Source of the DNA: an uncultured Enterobacterales bacterium
Lineage (GTDB): Bacteria; Myxococcota_A; UBA796; CAJQPC01
Direction of reading: 5' to 3'
Assembly: GCA_964519895.1 (NCBI GenBank)
Contig: CAZFLE010000008.1
Span: 25,767 to 89,766, forward strand
Length of the DNA: 64,000 nt
This document shows, piece by piece, positions 1 to 9,755 of this stretch. The translations under genes and the position numbers were made by a program. Below the pieces are notes generated by a model. That model saw only the letters and a list, made by a program, of their open reading frames with translations. It made no database searches and was not told the DNA's origin. Positions within the stretch are counted from its first letter, which is position 1. Each line of letters starts with the position of its first letter.

Positions 1-666
<666 letters not shown>

Positions 667-689
667 GGTCCCTCCGAGGAGCCAGCCGC

Positions 690-1295
690 CTATCCGTTCT
701 GACCTCTGGCGGCTTCGATGAATGCGCGGACCCGGTCGGGGTCCTGGCGCCCCGGCTCGTGTTCCACCCCAGACGCCACGTCGACCCCCCAAGGGGCCAC
801 CGCCGCGATGGCATCCGCCACGTTGTCCGGACGCAGTCCGCCGGCCAGGATCATCGAGCCCAGGCCGCGGCAGCGGTGGGCCAGGGCCTCGTCGACCCGC
901 TGGCCGGTGCCGCCAGCCTTGCCCAGCACATGGGCGTCCAGCAGGAAGCGATCGGGCGCCCAGGCGCGGATCTCTGCCTCCACGTCCCGGTGGGCTCGGA
1001 AGGCGCGAAAGGCCGGCACCCCCAGCCACGCCGTGTGGGCCGGGGTCACCCGCCCGTGGAGCTGGAGCGAGCTCGGCGAGATCGCGGCGACCAGGTCTAC
1101 GAGCTGGTCTGCCGTGCGATCCACGAGCACCAGCACCGACTCCACCGACACGGCCCCGGCGATCTCGGCCGCCAGGTCCACCGAGATGGATCGGGCCGAA
1201 GGCGCGTGCAGGTTCAGCCCCACCGCATCGGCCCCGCAGCGCTCGGCCCACAGCGCCTGTTCCACCGTGCGCACGCCGCAGATCTTGACCCACAT
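690..1295 (-). CDS. trpF: Phosphoribosylanthranilate isomerase
   Basis: 201-aa ORF starting [28 protein letters not shown], typical of the PRAI N-terminus. It sits between trpC and trpB with a 7-nt gap to the trpC stop. Confidence 0.85.
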   Translation of the reverse strand: MWVKICGVRTVEQALWAERCGADAVGLNLHAPSARSISVDLAAEIAGAVSVESVLVLVDRTADQLVDLVAAISPSSLQLHGRVTPAHTAWLGVPAFRAFRAHRDVEAEIRAWAPDRFLLDAHVLGKAGGTGQRVDEALAHRCRGLGSMILAGGLRPDNVADAIAAVAPWGVDVASGVEHEPGRQDPDRVRAFIEAARGQNG

Positions 1296-1302
1296 GGTGC
1301 CC

Positions 1303-2061
1303 TCAGCCCCGCAGCGCGGCGAGGGCCGCGCCGGGGTCCGGTGCCGTCATCAGCGACGTGCCCACGAGCAGGGCGTCGGCCCCGGCTGCCCGCATCCGGT
1401 CGCGGTCCGCCACCGTGTGGATGCCGGACTCCGCGACCTTGACCACGCCCGCTGGGACCCGCGCCAGGAGCGTCTCGCTGGTCGCCAGATCGATCGCCAG
1501 GGAGTGCAGGTCCCGGTTGTTGACGCCCAGGATGCGCACGCCGGCGGCCAGGGCCCGGTCCAGCTCGGGCCCGTCGTGCACCTCCACCAGGGGCTCCATG
1601 CCCAGTCGACGGGCCTCGTCCATGCACGCCACGAGCTCCTCGTCGGAGAGCATCGCCACGATGAGCAGGCAGCTGTCGGCGGTGGCCACCCGGGCCTCCC
1701 GCACCATGCGCGGGCTGACCAGGAAGTCCTTGCGCACCACCGGGATGTCCACCGCGGCCCTGACGGCCCGCAGATCGTCCAGGGAGCCACCAAAGCGCGG
1801 CAGATCGGTCAGCACCGAGATGGCCGCGGCGCCGGCCGCCTCGTAGCTCTGGGCGATGGCCACCGGATCCGCGCCGGGTCGGATCTCACCCCGAGAGGGC
1901 GAGCGGCGCTTCACCTCGGCGATCCAGGCCAGGTCGGGTCCGTTCAGCGCCGCTAGCAGGTCCCGCGGCGGGGGCGCCTGAGCGGGATCGCCGACCCCCT
2001 CCAGGGCGAGCTGGGCGTCGTGGCGCAGCTTGTCGGCGCGGACGCGCTCCAAGAGGCTCAT
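1303..2061 (-). CDS. trpC: Indole-3-glycerol phosphate synthase
   Basis: 252-aa ORF containing IAEVKRRSPSRGEIR and VLTDLPRFGGSLDDL, which are IGPS motifs. It sits in trp operon context. Confidence 0.9.
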   Translation of the reverse strand: MSLLERVRADKLRHDAQLALEGVGDPAQAPPPRDLLAALNGPDLAWIAEVKRRSPSRGEIRPGADPVAIAQSYEAAGAAAISVLTDLPRFGGSLDDLRAVRAAVDIPVVRKDFLVSPRMVREARVATADSCLLIVAMLSDEELVACMDEARRLGMEPLVEVHDGPELDRALAAGVRILGVNNRDLHSLAIDLATSETLLARVPAGVVKVAESGIHTVADRDRMRAAGADALLVGTSLMTAPDPGAALAALRG

Positions 2062-2070
2062 GGGCCGCGG

Positions 2071-3336
2071 CTATCCCTGGCCGGTGGCCGGGTCGACCCC
2101 CAAGGCCCGGAACATCTTCTCCTCTTGCCAGCGCTGAAAGACCCGGAAGTGCCGGTCCGCGGCGTAGTGCCCGGTGGTCAGGTAGACAAAGGCCCGCAGG
2201 GGCGTGGTCCTGTCCGGGTGGTCCAGCAGCCGATGGGCTTCCCAGAAGAGCCCCTCGGTGCTGCGGTTGTTGCCGTACCAGTACCGGGCGAGCCGCAGGT
2301 AGGCGCGGTACTCCTGGCGAGCGCGGGTGGCGTAGCCGTCCAGGTCCCCCTGGAGCAGCGCGACCGCGGCCCCGAGTCCGGTGCGCACGGCGAAGTCGAC
2401 CCCGCCGCTCAGGATGGGGTCGACAAAGCACGCTGCATCCCCGATCAGGACCCAGCCGGGGCCGTGCAGCTGTCGGTGGGTAAAGGACCAGTCCCGGGCG
2501 TGGTGCAGGGTCCGACCGGCGACCTGGGCCCTGTGCGCACCGGCGAGGGGCAGCCCCGCCAGGGCCAGGGCTTCCTCGAAGTCCTGCTCGGACAGGCGGG
2601 TGCGGCCGCGGTGGACCACACCGACGCTGGTCCGCTCCGCGCTCACAGGGATGAACCAGACCCAGCCCTGGGGAACCGAGACCACCCACTGGACCAGCCG
2701 GCCCAGCACCCCGGGCACGCCGCCCGCACCGTCGAAGTAGGCATAGGTGGCGGTGCTGCGCAGGTCCTCGACGGTGCGGGTCAAGCGGAAGGCCCGTCCC
2801 AGCAGGCATCGCTGGCCGCTGGCATCGACGACGTGGTCGGCGCTCAACTCCTCGGGCCCATCAGGGCCTCGTGCACGCACACCGGTCACGCCGCTGGCGT
2901 CCCCCAGTGGCCCCACGACCTCCCAGCCGTGCCGCACGTCGACGCCCACGACTCGGGCAGCCCCCAGCACCAGGTCGTCGAACACCGCTCGGTCCACGTT
3001 GTAGGCGTGCTCGAAGCCCCCGTCCCGCAGGCCCGCTGCGTCGAGCGCGTCCACCTGGGACTCCAGGGCCGGATCGAAGAGCACGGACCACGGCTCCTGG
3101 TGCTCCCCCCACACGTAGACCGCCCCGTACTTTCGGGGGAAGCCCGCAGCGTCAAGGGCCGGCCCAAGCCCGAAGTGCCGATCGAGCAGGGTCAGGGTGG
3201 CCGGCTGAAGGGACTCCCCCACGTGATGCCGGGGAAACTCGGCGCGCTCGAGCAGGGTCACGTCGGCCCCTTCGGCCGCCAGCAGCCCGGCACAGGCCGC
3301 GCCCCCCGGGCCGCCGCCGACGACGATGACCCGCAC
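2071..3336 (-). CDS. FAD-dependent enzyme with the flavin-dependent halogenase motif set
   Basis: 421 aa. It has GGGPGG at aa 7-12 (GxGxxG), FPRKYGAVYVWG with Lys69, GWVWFIP at aa 224-230 (WxWxIP), and LFWEAHRLL near the C-terminus. It lies 9 nt upstream of the trpC start and 2 nt downstream of the cytochrome gene stop. Confidence 0.7.
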   Translation of the reverse strand: MRVIVVGGGPGGAACAGLLAAEGADVTLLERAEFPRHHVGESLQPATLTLLDRHFGLGPALDAAGFPRKYGAVYVWGEHQEPWSVLFDPALESQVDALDAAGLRDGGFEHAYNVDRAVFDDLVLGAARVVGVDVRHGWEVVGPLGDASGVTGVRARGPDGPEELSADHVVDASGQRCLLGRAFRLTRTVEDLRSTATYAYFDGAGGVPGVLGRLVQWVVSVPQGWVWFIPVSAERTSVGVVHRGRTRLSEQDFEEALALAGLPLAGAHRAQVAGRTLHHARDWSFTHRQLHGPGWVLIGDAACFVDPILSGGVDFAVRTGLGAAVALLQGDLDGYATRARQEYRAYLRLARYWYGNNRSTEGLFWEAHRLLDHPDRTTPLRAFVYLTTGHYAADRHFRVFQRWQEEKMFRALGVDPATGQG

Positions 3337-3338
3337 CC

Positions 3339-3689
3339 TCAGGTCCCGGGCTCAGCGCACGTCAGCCACCACACCAGCCGCTGGCGGTCGTCGGGCTCGA
3401 CCCCACCCTGGGGCGGCATGGTCGGCGGGTCCGTGCCCGCTCGGGCCAGGATGCGGTCCGCCTGGTCCCACGCCTGGTCCACCGTGTCGAAGGACACGTC
3501 TTCCGGGGCACCGAAGCGCTCCTCTGCTGCGCTGGCGTGACAGCCCTGGCAGGCCTCGATCAGGAAGCCCTGCCCCCAGCTATTCCACGTCACTGTCGCG
3601 GCGTCGGCGCAGGCCGTGTCTCCGAGCACGGTGTCCGTGGCCGAGTCGTCGACCGTGCCGCTGCAGGCGCTGAGCAGGAGCCACACCAT
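3339..3689 (-). CDS. Small lipoprotein, monoheme c-type cytochrome-like
   Basis: 116 aa. It has a lipobox LLLSAC, a single CxxCH (CQGCH) and a candidate distal Met in PPTMPPQGG. It is wedged between trpD and the halogenase-like gene. Confidence 0.6.
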   Translation of the reverse strand: MVWLLLSACSGTVDDSATDTVLGDTACADAATVTWNSWGQGFLIEACQGCHASAAEERFGAPEDVSFDTVDQAWDQADRILARAGTDPPTMPPQGGVEPDDRQRLVWWLTCAEPGT

Positions 3690-3709
3690 GGCGGGAGCCT
3701 ACCCGACCC

Positions 3710-4726
3710 TCAGGCCTGGGTGGCCGCGACCAGGGCCGCCAGGGTGTCCTGGACCGCTCCGCTGGCGAGCACGTCCAGCGCTTGCGCGACGCCCTCACGC
3801 AGGTCTTCGGCCCGCCCCGCCGCGTAGAGCGCTGCGCCGGCCCCCAGGGCCACAGCGTCCCGGCGAGGCCCGGTCTCACCGCCGAAGATCGCCCGCAGGA
3901 TCTCGGCGTTGTGCGTCGCGTCGCCGCCGCGCAGGGCTTCGAGCGGCGCGGGCGCCAGCCCGACCTGTTCTGGGGTGACCGTCCAGGAATGCAGGGTGCC
4001 GTCTCGCCACTCGGCCACCTGGGTCGGGCCGGCCAGGCTGAACTCGTCGATACCCCCGGCCCCATGCACCACCAGCGCATGGACCGCACCCAGCTCTCCC
4101 AGCACCCGACCCAGGGGCTCGACCCACTCGGCGCCGAACACCCCGACGACCTGTCGGCGAGCCCCGGCGGGGTTTGTGAGCGGGCCCAGCACGTTGAAGA
4201 CGGTGCGCACGCCGAGCTGGCGTCGGGGGCCCACGGCGAAGCGCGTCGCCGCATGGTGGGCCGGCGCGAACAGGAACGCGATGCCGACCTCCTCGAGCAC
4301 CCGCCCCAGGGTCTCTGGCGGCAGGGTCAAGTTCAGGCCCAGGGCCTCGAGCACATCGGCCGAGCCGCTCTTGCTGCTCACCGAACGGTTCCCGTGCTTG
4401 GCCACCGTCGCGCCGGCCGCCGCGGCGACGAGCGCTGCAGCGGTGGACAGATTGAATGTGCCCGAGCGGTCCCCGCCGGTCCCGCAGGTGTCCACCGGGT
4501 CCAGGCCGGGGGCCACTGGAATTCCGGTCGCGTGCCTTCGCATGATCCGCGCGGCCGCGGCGATCTCGTGCACCGCTTCGCCCTTGGTGCGCAGCGCGAT
4601 CAACAGCCCGGCGATCTGGGCTTCGGTCAGCTGCCCCTGGAGCATGGCGTCAAAGGCCGCCTCGACCTGGGCGGTGGACAGGTCCTGGCCGGCGAGCAGG
4701 AGCTCGAGCAGTGGGGCGACGTTCAC
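3710..4726 (-). CDS. trpD: Anthranilate phosphoribosyltransferase
   Basis: The ORF contains [26 protein letters not shown] and [21 protein letters not shown] place the start at the GTG at 4724-4726, which forms a GTGA overlap with the trpG stop. The track's longer 4858 start adds an Arg/Pro-rich non-homologous extension. Confidence 0.9.
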   Translation of the reverse strand: MNVAPLLELLLAGQDLSTAQVEAAFDAMLQGQLTEAQIAGLLIALRTKGEAVHEIAAAARIMRRHATGIPVAPGLDPVDTCGTGGDRSGTFNLSTAAALVAAAAGATVAKHGNRSVSSKSGSADVLEALGLNLTLPPETLGRVLEEVGIAFLFAPAHHAATRFAVGPRRQLGVRTVFNVLGPLTNPAGARRQVVGVFGAEWVEPLGRVLGELGAVHALVVHGAGGIDEFSLAGPTQVAEWRDGTLHSWTVTPEQVGLAPAPLEALRGGDATHNAEILRAIFGGETGPRRDAVALGAGAALYAAGRAEDLREGVAQALDVLASGAVQDTLAALVAATQA

Positions 4727-5295
4727 AGGGTCCCCTGGAGGAAGTGGGTGAGGAGCGCCATGCCGTGCTCGGTCAAGATCGACTCCGGGTGGAATTGGAC
4801 TCCGGCGACGGGCAACGAGACATGGCGAAGGCCCATGATCTCGTCGTCGTCGGTCCACGCGTTCACCGCGAGGCAGTCGGGCAGGCTGGCCCGGTCCAGC
4901 GCCAGGGAGTGGTAGCGCGTCGCGGTGAACGGGCTGGGCAGGCCGGAGAACACGCCGCTGCCGTCGTGGTGGATGGGCGATGTCTTGCCGTGCATGAGCC
5001 GCTTGGCCGCCACGACGCGGCCCCCGAAGTGCTGGCCGATGGACTGGTGCCCCAGACAGACGCCCAACAGCGGAATCTCGCCGGCGTAGCGTGCGATGGC
5101 GGCCAGGGAGATGCCCGCCCGATCCGGGTCACATGGGCCGGGGGAGATCAGCAGGCGATCGGGCGAGCGCGCCCCGATCGCCTCGACCGGGATCTGATCG
5201 TTGCGCACCACGTCGACCTGGGCCCCCAGGACCTGGAGGTACTGGACGATGTTCCAGGTGAAGCTGTCGTAGTTGTCGATGACCAGGACGTTCAT
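4723..5295 (-). CDS. trpG: Anthranilate synthase component II (glutamine amidotransferase)
   Basis: 190 aa, starting [20 protein letters not shown]. It contains [12 protein letters not shown] (catalytic Cys) and GVQFHPES. Confidence 0.92.
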   Translation of the reverse strand: MNVLVIDNYDSFTWNIVQYLQVLGAQVDVVRNDQIPVEAIGARSPDRLLISPGPCDPDRAGISLAAIARYAGEIPLLGVCLGHQSIGQHFGGRVVAAKRLMHGKTSPIHHDGSGVFSGLPSPFTATRYHSLALDRASLPDCLAVNAWTDDDEIMGLRHVSLPVAGVQFHPESILTEHGMALLTHFLQGTL

Positions 5296-5302
5296 GGTGT
5301 GA

Positions 5303-6826
5303 CTACAGCCCCTGCTCGGCGAGCTCGAGGGCCCGGAGCACGGCCCCCCCCTTGTTCAGGGTCTCCTGGTACTCGCTGGCGGGCACCGAGTCGGCCACGA
5401 TGCCGGCGCCCACCTGGAGGAACCAGCGCTCGCCCTGGCGCCAGGCGGTGCGGATCGCGATCGCCAGGTCCATCTGGCCGTCGCCCCGGACCCAGCCCAC
5501 CGCCCCACCGTAGGGCCCCCTTGGGACCGGCTCCAGCTCGTCGATGATCTCCATCGCCCGGACCTTGGGCGCCCCGGACAGGGTGCCTGCGGGAAACGTC
5601 GCCCGGACCGCGTCGAAGCCGTCCCGACCCGGGGCCAGCAGTGCACGCACGTCGCTCACGATGTGCATCACGTGGGAGTAGCGCTCGATCTTCATCAGCG
5701 CGTCCACGTGGACCGACCCCGGGGCCGCGACCCGGCCCAGGTCGTTGCGCGCCAGGTCCACCAGCATCACGTGCTCGGCGACCTCCTTGGGGTCCGCCAG
5801 CAGGTCTTCGGCCAGGGCCAGGTCCTCGGCCTCGTTGGCGCCGCGATGGCGCGTGCCGGCGATCGGGCTCACCCAGGCCTGGTCCTCGGCGACACGGACC
5901 ATCACCTCGGGGGATGCGCCGGTGACCAGCTGCTCCGGGTAGCGCAGGTGGAACATATAGGGCGACGGGTTCACGGCCCTGAGGGCCCGGTACAGGTCCA
6001 GAGGATCGCCGCTGAAGCCCAGCCGGAAGCGGTTGCTGAGCACGACCTGGATGCAGTCTCCGGCCCGGACGTAGGCCTTGATGCGCGCGACACCGGCCTC
6101 GAAGGCCGGCTGGTCGAACTCGGGCTCCAGGGTGACCTGGTCGCCCCTGCGGGTGGGGCGCTCGGGCAGCGGGCCCCGGAGCTTGCCGATGATGCGGGCG
6201 ATGCGCTGGACCGCGCCCGCGTGGGCCACTCGGGGGTCCGTGCCCGGCTGGACCGTGACGACCTGGACCACGGCGATGCGGTGGCGCAGGTTGTCGAACA
6301 CCAACAGCGATCGGGGCAGCGAGAACACCAGCGTCGGGGCTGCGTCGGGCTCGGCGGTGAACGGCGAGGGCAGTCTCTCCCACCACCGGACGGCGTCCCA
6401 GGCCAGCCAGCCGACCGCTGCGCCCACCACGCGTGGCACCCCCTCGACGGGCACCGACACGGTCCGGCCCAGCTCGTCCTGGAGGAAGGCCAGGGGGTCG
6501 TCGCGCTCCTCGGAGCGATGGACCCAGCCGTCTCTCAGGACCTCGCACAGGCGTCCACGGGCCCGCACCACGAACGCCGGGTCGAAGCCGATGACGGAGT
6601 AGCGGGCCCAGCGCTCGCCGCCTTCCACGGACTCCAGGAGGAAGGCGTGCGCGTCGGGCCGGTCCAGGGGAGGCTGGCCGTCGCAGACCTTCATGAAGGC
6701 CGACACCGGCGTGTCCAGGTCGGCGAGGACCTCTCGGAAGACCGGGATCGAGACCGCCTGCCCTTCGTGGGCCTGGGCCAGCGCGACGAAGTCCTCGGCC
6801 GTCGGTGTGATCAACGCTTGCTCCAA
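5303..6826 (-). CDS. trpE: Anthranilate synthase component I
   Basis: 507 aa with chorismate-binding family motifs ([26 protein letters not shown]). It has a TTG start per the track. It is the first gene of the minus-strand trp string. Confidence 0.9.
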   Translation of the reverse strand: MEQALITPTAEDFVALAQAHEGQAVSIPVFREVLADLDTPVSAFMKVCDGQPPLDRPDAHAFLLESVEGGERWARYSVIGFDPAFVVRARGRLCEVLRDGWVHRSEERDDPLAFLQDELGRTVSVPVEGVPRVVGAAVGWLAWDAVRWWERLPSPFTAEPDAAPTLVFSLPRSLLVFDNLRHRIAVVQVVTVQPGTDPRVAHAGAVQRIARIIGKLRGPLPERPTRRGDQVTLEPEFDQPAFEAGVARIKAYVRAGDCIQVVLSNRFRLGFSGDPLDLYRALRAVNPSPYMFHLRYPEQLVTGASPEVMVRVAEDQAWVSPIAGTRHRGANEAEDLALAEDLLADPKEVAEHVMLVDLARNDLGRVAAPGSVHVDALMKIERYSHVMHIVSDVRALLAPGRDGFDAVRATFPAGTLSGAPKVRAMEIIDELEPVPRGPYGGAVGWVRGDGQMDLAIAIRTAWRQGERWFLQVGAGIVADSVPASEYQETLNKGGAVLRALELAEQGL

Positions 6827-6892
6827 GCCGAGGGGGTGACCCCGGCGTCCGGGTGGTTATCCTTCGGGGCACTGCAGACAAAGGAGCGCCGC

Positions 6893-7273
6893 GTGGGCAA
6901 GCCGTTCGTGTCCCTGACGCCGATCGCCATCGAGAACCTCAAGAAGCTCCTGGCCGACAACGACATGGCCAGTCACGGCCTGCGCTTCGGCGTCCAGGGC
7001 GGAGGCTGCTCAGGCTACTCCTACCTGATGGAATTCGAGGAGGCCGCCCAGGACGGCGACACCACCTTCCACATCGATGGCGTGCCGCTGTACCTGGCCC
7101 CGCTCAAGCGCGACTTCCTCCAGGGTGTGGTCATCGACTACGTCGACGAGCTCATGGAGACCGGCTTCAAGATCCACAACCCGAACGTCGAGCGAGCGTG
7201 TGGTTGTGGCGAGTCCTTCGACATCCCGGAAGGCGTCGCAGCGACCCAGGCCGACAGCGAAGCGCTCGCGTAG
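6893..7273 (+). CDS. IscA/HesB-family iron-sulfur cluster insertion protein
   Basis: The GTG start is preceded by AAGGAG. The sequence is VGKPFVSLTPIAIENLKKLL...GGGCSGYSY...CGCGESF, the HesB/IscA Cys signature. It is in frame with the tail of track ORF 5663..7273. Confidence 0.85.
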   Translation: MGKPFVSLTPIAIENLKKLLADNDMASHGLRFGVQGGGCSGYSYLMEFEEAAQDGDTTFHIDGVPLYLAPLKRDFLQGVVIDYVDELMETGFKIHNPNVERACGCGESFDIPEGVAATQADSEALA

Positions 7274-7283
7274 GACGGGGCCC

Positions 7284-7559
7284 TCAGGTCTCGCCGGGCT
7301 CCAGCCGGACCAAGACGTCCGAGATCACCTGTGCCTGGCAGCCCAGGCGCTGTCCCGGTTCGTCCAGGAAGGGCTCCTCGACGTCCTCCAGCGGCGTGAG
7401 CTCGCCCTCCAACAGCCGCACCCGGCACGTGTTGCAAGCCGCAAAGCCACCACAGGCGGCCTCCATCGGCAGATCGTGCGCCAGGCAGACCTCGTAGAGG
7501 GTCTCGTCGGTCTGGGCCGGGACCGTGACCCCCAGCCCCTCGAAGCGCACCTCGGGCAT
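7284..7559 (-). CDS. 2Fe-2S ferredoxin
   Basis: 91 aa with CGGFAACNTC and a later C in LGCQ, a plant/adrenodoxin-like 2Fe-2S ligand pattern. It is convergent with the IscA-like gene. Confidence 0.8.
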   Translation of the reverse strand: MPEVRFEGLGVTVPAQTDETLYEVCLAHDLPMEAACGGFAACNTCRVRLLEGELTPLEDVEEPFLDEPGQRLGCQAQVISDVLVRLEPGET

Positions 7560-7579
7560 GGGCCGCGCCTAACCGGCCT

Positions 7580-8128
7580 CTAGAAGGCCCCGGCGATCGC
7601 CTGGGCAGAGATGTCCAGGGTGATGGTCACCTCCTCACCTGGCAGGGTCACCAAGGTGCCCGTCGTGATGATGGCCAGGGTGCCCGCGTCCACGTACTTC
7701 TGCAGCGTCGTCCCGTCTGGGAAGGGGACCGTGTACTGGATCTGCTCGGGCGGCAGCTCGGACAGGAACACGATGCGCTCGTCGTCGTCGGAGAGCTGGT
7801 CGTCCGTGGAGACCCACAGCGAGATGTCGGTCAGGTACTCACCCAGGTTGCCCTGGACGGGGCTGGTGATGGTGACCTCCAGCAGCTCCAGGTCGCTGTA
7901 CTCCTGGACCGACTCCGGGAGCTGGCTCATCAGCTGCTCGGTGTCCTGGATCGGCGACGACTCCTCGAATTCCCAGCCATCGGGGTTCTCGGCGAGCGCC
8001 TCGACATCGAATTCCGGCACCACCACGGCGAAGGACTCGTTGATGGGGAAGGTGATGTCGTAGCAACCGGTCAGGGTGCCAGCCGCTGCAAGGGCGACAG
8101 CGGCGAGGGGGAGGGAGGTCTTGGTCAC
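7580..8128 (-). CDS. Acidic lipoprotein, unknown function
   Basis: I prefer the GTG start at 8128 because it has GGAGAC 5 nt upstream. It gives VTKTSLPLAAVALAAAGTLTGC, a lipobox signal peptide. The track start is 8200. Confidence 0.55.
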   Translation of the reverse strand: MTKTSLPLAAVALAAAGTLTGCYDITFPINESFAVVVPEFDVEALAENPDGWEFEESSPIQDTEQLMSQLPESVQEYSDLELLEVTITSPVQGNLGEYLTDISLWVSTDDQLSDDDERIVFLSELPPEQIQYTVPFPDGTTLQKYVDAGTLAIITTGTLVTLPGEEVTITLDISAQAIAGAF

Positions 8129-8338
8129 AGGGTCTCCGGCAGTGGCTTGTTGCCCCTGAAGTCGGAAGACCAGGCCTGCGGCATGAGAGCTCGCTGACAT
8201 CTCGCGACAACAGAAAGGGCTTCCCCGCCCCCCCGTCCCGGACCCTCCTCTTGTCCTGGACAGAACCGTGTGCGCAATCGCTCGGACCCGGTGCGGTGGG
8301 TCTCCGGTGACGCGCCGAAAGGGGCGGGGACCCCTGCT

Positions 8339-8387
8339 GTCTGAGACCCTCTTCGCACCGGGGTCCAGAGGGGTTGAGGCTTTTTTT
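8339..8387 (+). terminator. Hairpin plus T7 tract oriented for plus-strand termination
   Basis: gtctgagaccctct ... agaggggttgaggc forms a 14-position stem with 2 mismatches and 2 GU pairs. It is followed directly by ttttttt (8381-8387), which is rare in this GC-rich context. No plus-strand ORF lies upstream. Confidence 0.35.
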
Positions 8388-8908
8388 CAGCCCGCGTCGA
8401 CCAGGAGCTCCCGGACCGGCCGCCGCCGGTGGGCGTCGCCCCCCTCTTCCTGGCAATAGAGCGCGTTCACGGCCACAAGCACCGCCGTGAGAGTGTCCAC
8501 GGACAGCAGATCGTGGTCCGGCAGGGTCAGGATGGACAGGTCGGTGAAGTTGAGCGGACAGACATCGTGCTGACCCTCCATCACCAGGGGCAGACCGTGG
8601 GAGCGGCAGATCAGCGGCCGCTCGTCGTAGACCGCGCACCCACCGTCGAGCAGGAGCGGGCACGGGGTGGTCTCGGTTCGGGCGCGAAGGCGATCCCGGG
8701 TCTCGGCCGGGAGCGCTGCCACCGCCCGCGCCAGCGCCTCGAACTCGACGTCACTGACGGTGCGCTCGGTCTGGCAGCAGTCCGTGCACCCCAGCCGGCA
8801 GGCGAAGTGGGCGGCGTGACTCAACAAGACCCGCTGGGCGTGGTTGTAGACCCTGTCACGCAGGGCTTCCAGGTTCCGGAACGGGCCGTGGTCAGAGGAG
8901 GTCGGCAT
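8387..8908 (-). CDS. YkgJ/UPF0153-like CxxCxxCC zinc/iron-chelating domain protein
   Basis: It starts at MPTSSDH (aa 64 of the track ORF). It contains CRLGCTDCCQ and later CPLLLDGGCAVYDERPLICRSHG. Confidence 0.7.
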   Translation of the reverse strand: MPTSSDHGPFRNLEALRDRVYNHAQRVLLSHAAHFACRLGCTDCCQTERTVSDVEFEALARAVAALPAETRDRLRARTETTPCPLLLDGGCAVYDERPLICRSHGLPLVMEGQHDVCPLNFTDLSILTLPDHDLLSVDTLTAVLVAVNALYCQEEGGDAHRRRPVRELLVDAG

Positions 8909-9011
8909 TGTTGCCCGCTCTAGCGCGCTGCAGCCGCTGTGGTCAACATCCTCTGGGGTTCCTTGTCGGAAACCCGCGGGCGATGGTACGGGTACAGTCG
9001 ATCGGCCAGGG

Positions 9012-9755
9012 ATGGAGGAAGTGATGCGTAAGGTCCAGGCAGCTCTGCTGATGCTCTTTGGGGGCGCGCTGCTCACCCAGCTCGCCTGTGAGCCCACCTA
9101 CACCTACGTCGGCTACCAGATGTACGACCACGTGCCGCTCGACGCGGACAGGACGTGGACCTACGCCAACGACGGCGAGGCCGGCTACGAGCTCGCCGTG
9201 CACAAGAGCGAGACCGCCGCCTTCAGCACCGAGGAGGGCATCGACGTGTACGTCTTCGAGCACTCCGACGCCGAGACCGGCGATCTGTTGATGGAGGTCC
9301 AGTGGTCCTCGGACTCCCTCTACGGCGTGCTGATCCACGGCTACACCACCTACGTCACGGCCCCTGCTGGCCCGGGCACGGGCACCACGGACACCGGTGG
9401 CGAGACCGGCGACCCGCCGACCATCGGGGACTCGGTGACCTACGACCCGCCGGTCCAGTTCGCCGACGACCGCATGGCCCCTGGGGACACCGAAGAGACC
9501 GTCACCGGCGGCACGACCTTCACCAGCTCCTTCCCCTACACCGAGGCCTGCCCCAACCACTGGACCCAGGACTGGAACGAGTGCCTGCGCGTCGAGCTCG
9601 ACGACGGCGACGGCGACGACGAGGCCGGGTCCCTGATCGCGGGCACCTACTGGCTGGTCACCCGCTATGGCATCGCCTGGTTCGAGCCCACGGGCGCCCC
9701 GGACAAGTGGGTGCTCAAGAAGCACGACTGCACCAAGGAAGGGGTGGAGTGCTAG
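9012..9755 (+). CDS. Lipoprotein 1 of a four-gene lipoprotein operon
   Basis: Signal sequence plus lipobox LLTQLAC. It has a Thr/Gly-rich linker (TGTTDTGGETGDPPT). No recognisable catalytic motif. Confidence 0.6.
   Translation: MEEVMRKVQAALLMLFGGALLTQLACEPTYTYVGYQMYDHVPLDADRTWTYANDGEAGYELAVHKSETAAFSTEEGIDVYVFEHSDAETGDLLMEVQWSSDSLYGVLIHGYTTYVTAPAGPGTGTTDTGGETGDPPTIGDSVTYDPPVQFADDRMAPGDTEETVTGGTTFTSSFPYTEACPNHWTQDWNECLRVELDDGDGDDEAGSLIAGTYWLVTRYGIAWFEPTGAPDKWVLKKHDCTKEGVEC

Noticed and set aside
6827-6892. A trp leader peptide or attenuator upstream of trpE
   Set aside because: Only 66 bp separate trpE from the divergent IscA-like gene. There is no short ORF with Trp codons and no alternative hairpin set.
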